64,000 bases of DNA, from the sequence record MW822011, one strand, 5' to 3'. The DNA is from Shigella phage TB004. This document shows positions 59,262-64,000 of this stretch, piece after piece (the first letter of the stretch is position 1; the number at the start of each line of letters is the position of its first letter). The translations under genes and the position numbers were made by a program. Under the pieces are notes generated by a model. The model was not told where the DNA came from, did not search any database, and saw nothing but the letters and a program-made list of their open reading frames with translations.

Positions 59262-61310
59262 ATGGAACTCATTACAGAATTATTTGACGAAGATACTACT
59301 CTTCCGATTACAAACTTAAATCCAAAGAAGAAAATACCGCAAATTTTTTCAGTTCATGTTGATGACGCAATTGAACAACCAGGCTTTCGTTTATGTACCT
59401 ATACATCTGGAGGTGATACTAACCGTGATTTAAAGATGGGCGATAAAATGATGCATATTGTTCCTTTTACATTAACTGCTAAAGGTTCAATTGCTAAATT
59501 AAAAGGTCTCGGTCCAAGCCCAATTAATTACATCAATTCAGTTTTTACTGTTGCGATGCAGACGATGCGGCAGTATAAAATTGATGCCTGCATGCTTCGT
59601 ATTCTTAAGTCTAAAACTGCTGGTCAAGCTCGACAAATTCAAGTTATTGCTGATAGACTTATCCGTAGTCGTTCAGGTGGCAGATACGTCCTTCTTAAGG
59701 AACTCTGGGATTATGATAAAAAGTATGCATATATTCTTATACATCGCAAAAATGTATCACTAGAAGACATTCCAGGAGTTCCGGAAATTAGTACCGAGCT
59801 CTTTACTAAAGTTGAATCGAAAGTCGGCGATGTTTATATCAATAAAGATACTGGAGCTCAAGTAACTAAAAATGAGGCAATTGCAGCATCTATCGCACAA
59901 GAAAATGATAAACGTTCTGACCAAGCTGTTATTGTTAAAGTTAAAATTTCCCGTAGAGCAATTGCGCAAAGTCAATCATTAGAATCTTCTAGATTTGAAA
60001 CACCAATGTTTCAAAAATTTGAGGCTTCAGCAGCAGAATTAAATAAACCCGCCGACGCGCCTTTAATTTCTGATGCTAACGAATTAACTGTTATTTCTAC
60101 TTCAGGATTTGCATTAGAGAATGCTCTTAATAGTGTTACAGCTGGAATGGCATTCAGAGAAGCTTCTATAATTCCTGAAGATAAAGAATCTGACGTTAAT
60201 GCAGAAATAAAAAATAAAGCTTTAGAAAAATTACGAAAAGAATCTATTACTTCAATAAAAACTTTAGAAACTATTGCTTCTATCGTCGATGATACTTTAG
60301 AAAAATATAAAGGTGCTTGGTTTGAAAGAAATATTAACAGACATTCGCATTTAAACCAAGATGCTGCAAATGAGTTAGTACAAAATTCTTGGAATGCAAT
60401 AAAAACAAAGATTATTCGAAGAGAATTACGTGGATATGCTCTTACCGCTGGATGGTCATTACATCCTATAGTCGAAAATAAAGATTCATCTAAATACACA
60501 CCAGCGCAAAAACGCGGAATTCGTGAATATGTAGGTTCAGGATATGTAGACATGAATAATGCTCTTTTGGGATTATATAATCCAGATGAGCGTACAAGTA
60601 TTTTAACAGCACCTGAAATAGAACAAGCCATTGATAATTTAGATTCAGCCTTTAAAAATGGTGAACGATTACCAAAAGGTATTACTTTGTATCGTTCACA
60701 ACGAATGTTACCTTCAATATATGAAGCACTGGTAAAAAATCGAGTTTTTTATTTTAGAAATTTTGTATCAACATCATTATATCCAAACATTTTTGGTACT
60801 TGGATGACTGATTCAGCTGTGGGTGTTTTACCAGATGAAAAGCGTCTAAGCATTTCTGTCGATAAAAATGATGAAGGGCTTGTTAATTCTAGCGATAATT
60901 TAGTTGGAATTGGATGGGTTATTACTGGAGCTGATAAAGTCAATGTTGTTTTACCCGGTGGAAGTTTAGCACCTTCAAATGAAATGGAAGTCATTTTGCC
61001 ACGTGGATTAATGGTCAAAGTCAATAAAATAACTGATGCATCTTACAACGATGGAACAGTTAGAACTAACAACAAGCTTATTCAAGCTGAAGTTATGACC
61101 ACAGAAGAACTCACCGAATCGGTAATTTATGACGGTGACCGTTTAATGGAAACTGGTGAATTGGTTACAATGACAGGTGATATAGAAGATAGAGTTGACT
61201 TTGCATCGTTTGTTTCATCAAATGTTAAACAGAAAGCAGAATCATCTCTTGGAATTATTGCGTCTTGCATAGATATTGCAAACATGCCTTACAAGTTCGT
61301 TCAAGGATAA
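59262..61310 (+). CDS. alt: Alt, packaged ADP-ribosyltransferase (682 aa)
   Basis: MELITELFDEDTTLPITNLNPKKKIPQIF; length equals T4 Alt; ART core in the C-terminal half. Confidence 0.9.
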   Translation: MELITELFDEDTTLPITNLNPKKKIPQIFSVHVDDAIEQPGFRLCTYTSGGDTNRDLKMGDKMMHIVPFTLTAKGSIAKLKGLGPSPINYINSVFTVAMQTMRQYKIDACMLRILKSKTAGQARQIQVIADRLIRSRSGGRYVLLKELWDYDKKYAYILIHRKNVSLEDIPGVPEISTELFTKVESKVGDVYINKDTGAQVTKNEAIAASIAQENDKRSDQAVIVKVKISRRAIAQSQSLESSRFETPMFQKFEASAAELNKPADAPLISDANELTVISTSGFALENALNSVTAGMAFREASIIPEDKESDVNAEIKNKALEKLRKESITSIKTLETIASIVDDTLEKYKGAWFERNINRHSHLNQDAANELVQNSWNAIKTKIIRRELRGYALTAGWSLHPIVENKDSSKYTPAQKRGIREYVGSGYVDMNNALLGLYNPDERTSILTAPEIEQAIDNLDSAFKNGERLPKGITLYRSQRMLPSIYEALVKNRVFYFRNFVSTSLYPNIFGTWMTDSAVGVLPDEKRLSISVDKNDEGLVNSSDNLVGIGWVITGADKVNVVLPGGSLAPSNEMEVILPRGLMVKVNKITDASYNDGTVRTNNKLIQAEVMTTEELTESVIYDGDRLMETGELVTMTGDIEDRVDFASFVSSNVKQKAESSLGIIASCIDIANMPYKFVQG

Positions 61311-61313
61311 ATC

Positions 61314-61699
61314 ATGGAACTTATTACAGAATTATTTGACGGCGCTTCGGCGCCGGTTGTTAACTTAAATCCTAAGCATAAAATACCACAAATTTTTGCT
61401 ATTCAAGCCGGCGAAGAAAGCGTGCTTCCTGGATTTAGATTTTGTACATACACCTCTGGCGGTGATACGAATAAAACGTTAAGCCGGGCGATAAAATGAT
61501 GCATATCGTAATGATAGGTGTTAATGAGAAACTATCATTAGTTAAGCTTAAAAACTTGGGTGGAAATCCAATTGGTGTCATTAATGCTGTTTTTGATACT
61601 GCTCTTCAAACAATGAAACAGTATAAAATCGACGCATGCCTATTACGCGTACTAAAAAGTTCAAAATGTAGTTTACAAGTCCCTCGTGTTGTGTTATAG
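61314..61699 (+). pseudogene. frameshifted tandem duplicate of the alt 5' region (Alt N-terminal fragment in two ORFs)
   Basis: MELITELFDGASAPVVNLNPKHKIPQIF ... FCTYTSGGDTN then frameshift, then MMHIV ... TALQTMKQYKIDACLLRVLKS; parallels Alt residues 1-120. Confidence 0.6.
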
Positions 61700-61724
61700 T
61701 AGTCTTACTGACATAACATGAGGA
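61671..61724 (+). promoter_or_regulatory. 54-bp early promoter / imperfect palindrome cassette (copy B)
   Basis: gtttacaagtccctcgtgttgtgttatagtagtcttactgacataacatgagga; one mismatch versus 47412-47465. Confidence 0.6.
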
Positions 61725-61731
61725 ACACAAA

Positions 61732-62022
61732 ATGAAATCTTCTTTACGCTTTTTAGGTCAAGAACTTGTAGTTGAAGGCGTTATTCCTGCTGATAACGCT
61801 TTTAATGAAGCGGTTTACGACGAATTTATCAAAATTTTTGGAACAGATAAAAAGTTCGGAATTTTTCCTTCTGAAAATTTTTCAAAGCCAGAACAGACTG
61901 AAAGCATTTTCCAAGGTGTAGTAACAGGTAAATTTGAGTCAGAAGCTCCGGTAAAAATTGAAGTTTATATTGAAGACAATTTAGTTGCTTCAGTTGCTGC
62001 TTTTATTTCATTCCGTAAATAA
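61732..62022 (+). CDS. hypothetical protein (96 aa)
   Basis: ORF track; SD within the cassette (gagga). Confidence 0.5.
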   Translation: MKSSLRFLGQELVVEGVIPADNAFNEAVYDEFIKIFGTDKKFGIFPSENFSKPEQTESIFQGVVTGKFESEAPVKIEVYIEDNLVASVAAFISFRK

Positions 62023-62026
62023 AAAT

Positions 62027-62048
62027 ATGGGGACCGAAAGGTCCCCAT
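62027..62048. terminator. bidirectional hairpin terminator between convergent genes
   Basis: atggggaccgaaaggtccccat. Confidence 0.55.
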
Positions 62049-62050
62049 TG

Positions 62051-63016
62051 TTATATTGCTCCTAATATTTTACTTTGCGAGTTGACAATTCCCGTCATAG
62101 TATTAATGTTTGAAATGCTTCCCGCAGTTCCTCCTAATCTACTAAGTCGTGAAAGCGAATTAGATAGTCCAGTAACACCTCCACTATTTCCGAGAACGCT
62201 TTGAATGCCATTTATAGCAGCAGATTCAAGCCACTCAAGCGCAGCTTGTCTATCAACCGACCCAGCCTGCATGACTCTATACGCAAAAGTAACATCAAAT
62301 GTAGTTATTTGGTTATCTCCATCATATGATAACTCAGGAGCGCTCACTGACACTGGAATGCATCCAGTGAACATCACCGCAGTATGAGGTAATCCATTAC
62401 GAGCATGAAGATTAACCTGAATATCTGCCTCGACATCTTGTGGCAAAGCACGCAATCCAGTTACTGGGTCTTGAACAGCGTTAACCCAGTCTTGCATTGC
62501 ACGATAGTTACAAGCTTCTGAATCCATTCTAAATGAAATAACCAAAGGGTCTAATTCTCTCCCAGTTATACGAATATTAGGAGAATTATAGTTCCAGTCA
62601 GTTTCATAGGATAATCTATTCTCTGGCATTTTTACGGAATATATCATCAATCCAGATGAGTTATATGCCATGTTAAAGAAGTCAATTAAATATGTACCAA
62701 CTGTAAATGAGCCCAATAAACTTTGAACTGTACGTTGACTCATGGCACCAATAAGATATTTACTAACCCCTGATTTTCTTATCAGTTTTTGTGTGCCAGC
62801 AGTAATTAGCGTGGTAATTCCCTGATTAATATCGCCTTGAGTCAATCCTAACCAATCTGAATTTAGGCCCAAGTTATTATAAGAAAAGTTGCTAATTGAA
62901 CTTATCAACGAAGAGCTTTTAGTTGATGGAGTTGTCGCAAAAACGCAGCTAAACATATTATTACGTTGGAAATCTGCGTTTATTGCTTGATTATTAAATT
63001 CCTCTAAAGAATACAT
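62051..63016 (-). CDS. 54: baseplate tail-tube initiator gp54 (321 aa)
   Basis: size and position next to alt and gene 48 as in T4. Confidence 0.8.
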   Translation of the reverse strand: MYSLEEFNNQAINADFQRNNMFSCVFATTPSTKSSSLISSISNFSYNNLGLNSDWLGLTQGDINQGITTLITAGTQKLIRKSGVSKYLIGAMSQRTVQSLLGSFTVGTYLIDFFNMAYNSSGLMIYSVKMPENRLSYETDWNYNSPNIRITGRELDPLVISFRMDSEACNYRAMQDWVNAVQDPVTGLRALPQDVEADIQVNLHARNGLPHTAVMFTGCIPVSVSAPELSYDGDNQITTFDVTFAYRVMQAGSVDRQAALEWLESAAINGIQSVLGNSGGVTGLSNSLSRLSRLGGTAGSISNINTMTGIVNSQSKILGAI

Positions 63017-64000
63017 TAAAAAGTCCCCGCATATAAAGAAGCACGGTTTAACGTGATAATTTCTCTCATAGTAATCTCAAGAGTAAATGTACTAGGGAGG
63101 TTTGGAGCAATAGCTAATCCATTAAAGTTACCATTAGGTGTTTTATCAAATCTGATGCTCTGTATTTGACATGGGCCAAATATTTCCGTTTTTCCATCAA
63201 ACTTAGATGTTGCACCAAAGTTTTTCACCATCCAAACTGTCGGGTTTGAAACTACTAGAACGTTAGTTAAACTCGATGTCATTTTCTCAAATAGTGTTTT
63301 ATTTTTAGCTGCGTCTTCCGGAGATAAAGGTTCAATTAACGTAGAACGATACCAATCATCTAAATACCCCTTTATTTCAGCAGCATATTGAGATTTGCCA
63401 GTTTCACCATAAGAAAAATAGTTAAAATATTGATAGATATTGATAATAGCCATCAAATCTTCTGTTGAACGTGGAGTCAAATCCCATGTAAACACTTTAG
63501 TTCTATTCTCAGCACCGCCATACATACTTCTGGCTGTCGTATAAATCTGTTCATTATTATCAGCCATTATACCTTGCGTTATACTTTCCAGTGCCCCAAA
63601 TACTGCAGTTGAAGCAATATTACTTAGCACGCCAGTAGCAGTACCTCCGCCTCTACTGATAAGACTTTCTTGAACATCATTAAATCTATGTGATGATGTA
63701 TCAACATCAGATTTAGATCTCGGTAAAAGAATATTTGCGACAGGAGCTTTACTTATTGTTCCTGAATTATTGTTTGATATTAATCCATTTGATAGTTTTG
63801 ATACTGTACTACTAATAGTGTTTCTAGCTGTACTTAAAATACTCGAAGATGAAGAAGAGTAGTTAGATCTCATCGATCTAAGACTTCCAGAATCCCTAGA
63901 TGACATATTGTATGCAGTAAATAATAATCCATTCTTATATAGATCTGTTACCTGGAAGTCCCCTGTAGTGTCATTACCACTAGCACGCCCAGTTGGAAAC
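63016..64000 (-). CDS. 48: baseplate protein gp48, 5'-partial (reading frame continues past the window end)
   Basis: ORF open to the window edge; position upstream of 54. Confidence 0.7.
   Translation of the reverse strand, partial: FPTGRASGNDTTGDFQVTDLYKNGLLFTAYNMSSRDSGSLRSMRSNYSSSSSSILSTARNTISSTVSKLSNGLISNNNSGTISKAPVANILLPRSKSDVDTSSHRFNDVQESLISRGGGTATGVLSNIASTAVFGALESITQGIMADNNEQIYTTARSMYGGAENRTKVFTWDLTPRSTEDLMAIINIYQYFNYFSYGETGKSQYAAEIKGYLDDWYRSTLIEPLSPEDAAKNKTLFEKMTSSLTNVLVVSNPTVWMVKNFGATSKFDGKTEIFGPCQIQSIRFDKTPNGNFNGLAIAPNLPSTFTLEITMREIITLNRASLYAGTF

Overview
This window reads as a contiguous segment of a T4-like (Tevenvirinae) coliphage genome, in reverse orientation relative to the standard T4 map. 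Gene calls rest on my recognition of the translated ORFs against remembered T4 proteins plus synteny; no database search was run. Gene order on the + strand is modB-modA-(srd-like)-dda-dexA-(motB-like)-39-rIIA-rIIB-denB-ndd-stp-ac-52-motA-arn-asiA, then the late lysis/tail-fibre module on the - strand (t, 38, 37, 36, 35, 34), then rnh-dsbA-33-59-32-frd-td-nrdA-nrdB-denA-rnlA-alc-spanins-pseT-cd-31-rIII-30-alt on +, ending with baseplate genes 54 and 48 (partial) on -. Three features point to a T2/T6-type rather than T4 itself: a 263-aa glycine-rich gp38 adhesin, a gp37 with a C-terminal intramolecular-chaperone/S74 autoprotease motif, and an unsplit 605-aa gene 39 (no gene 60 / mobA / bypass cassette). 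The td gene carries its 1016-bp group I intron with an intact I-TevI, whereas nrdB is intronless and there is no mobE-like ORF between nrdA and nrdB. The observations I rate highest are: (1) a second, free-standing I-TevI-like GIY-YIG endonuclease on the opposite strand between td exon 2 and nrdA; (2) a dispersed early-promoter/leader repeat family, one copy of which appears to have replaced the last codons of gene 32; (3) a near-identical 54-bp promoter-plus-palindrome cassette upstream of alc and again downstream of alt; (4) a frameshifted tandem duplicate of the alt 5' end; (5) a roughly 400-bp GC-richer non-coding gap after rIII; (6) a NADAR/YbiA-like protein in a genome that also encodes three ADP-ribosyltransferases (ModA, ModB, Alt). 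Two caveats: the supplied ORF track uses alternative start codons (TTG/GTG printed as M), so several starts were moved to the first plausible ATG/GTG with an upstream Shine-Dalgarno; and hand-derived coordinates for promoters, terminators and repeats may be off by 1-2 nt.
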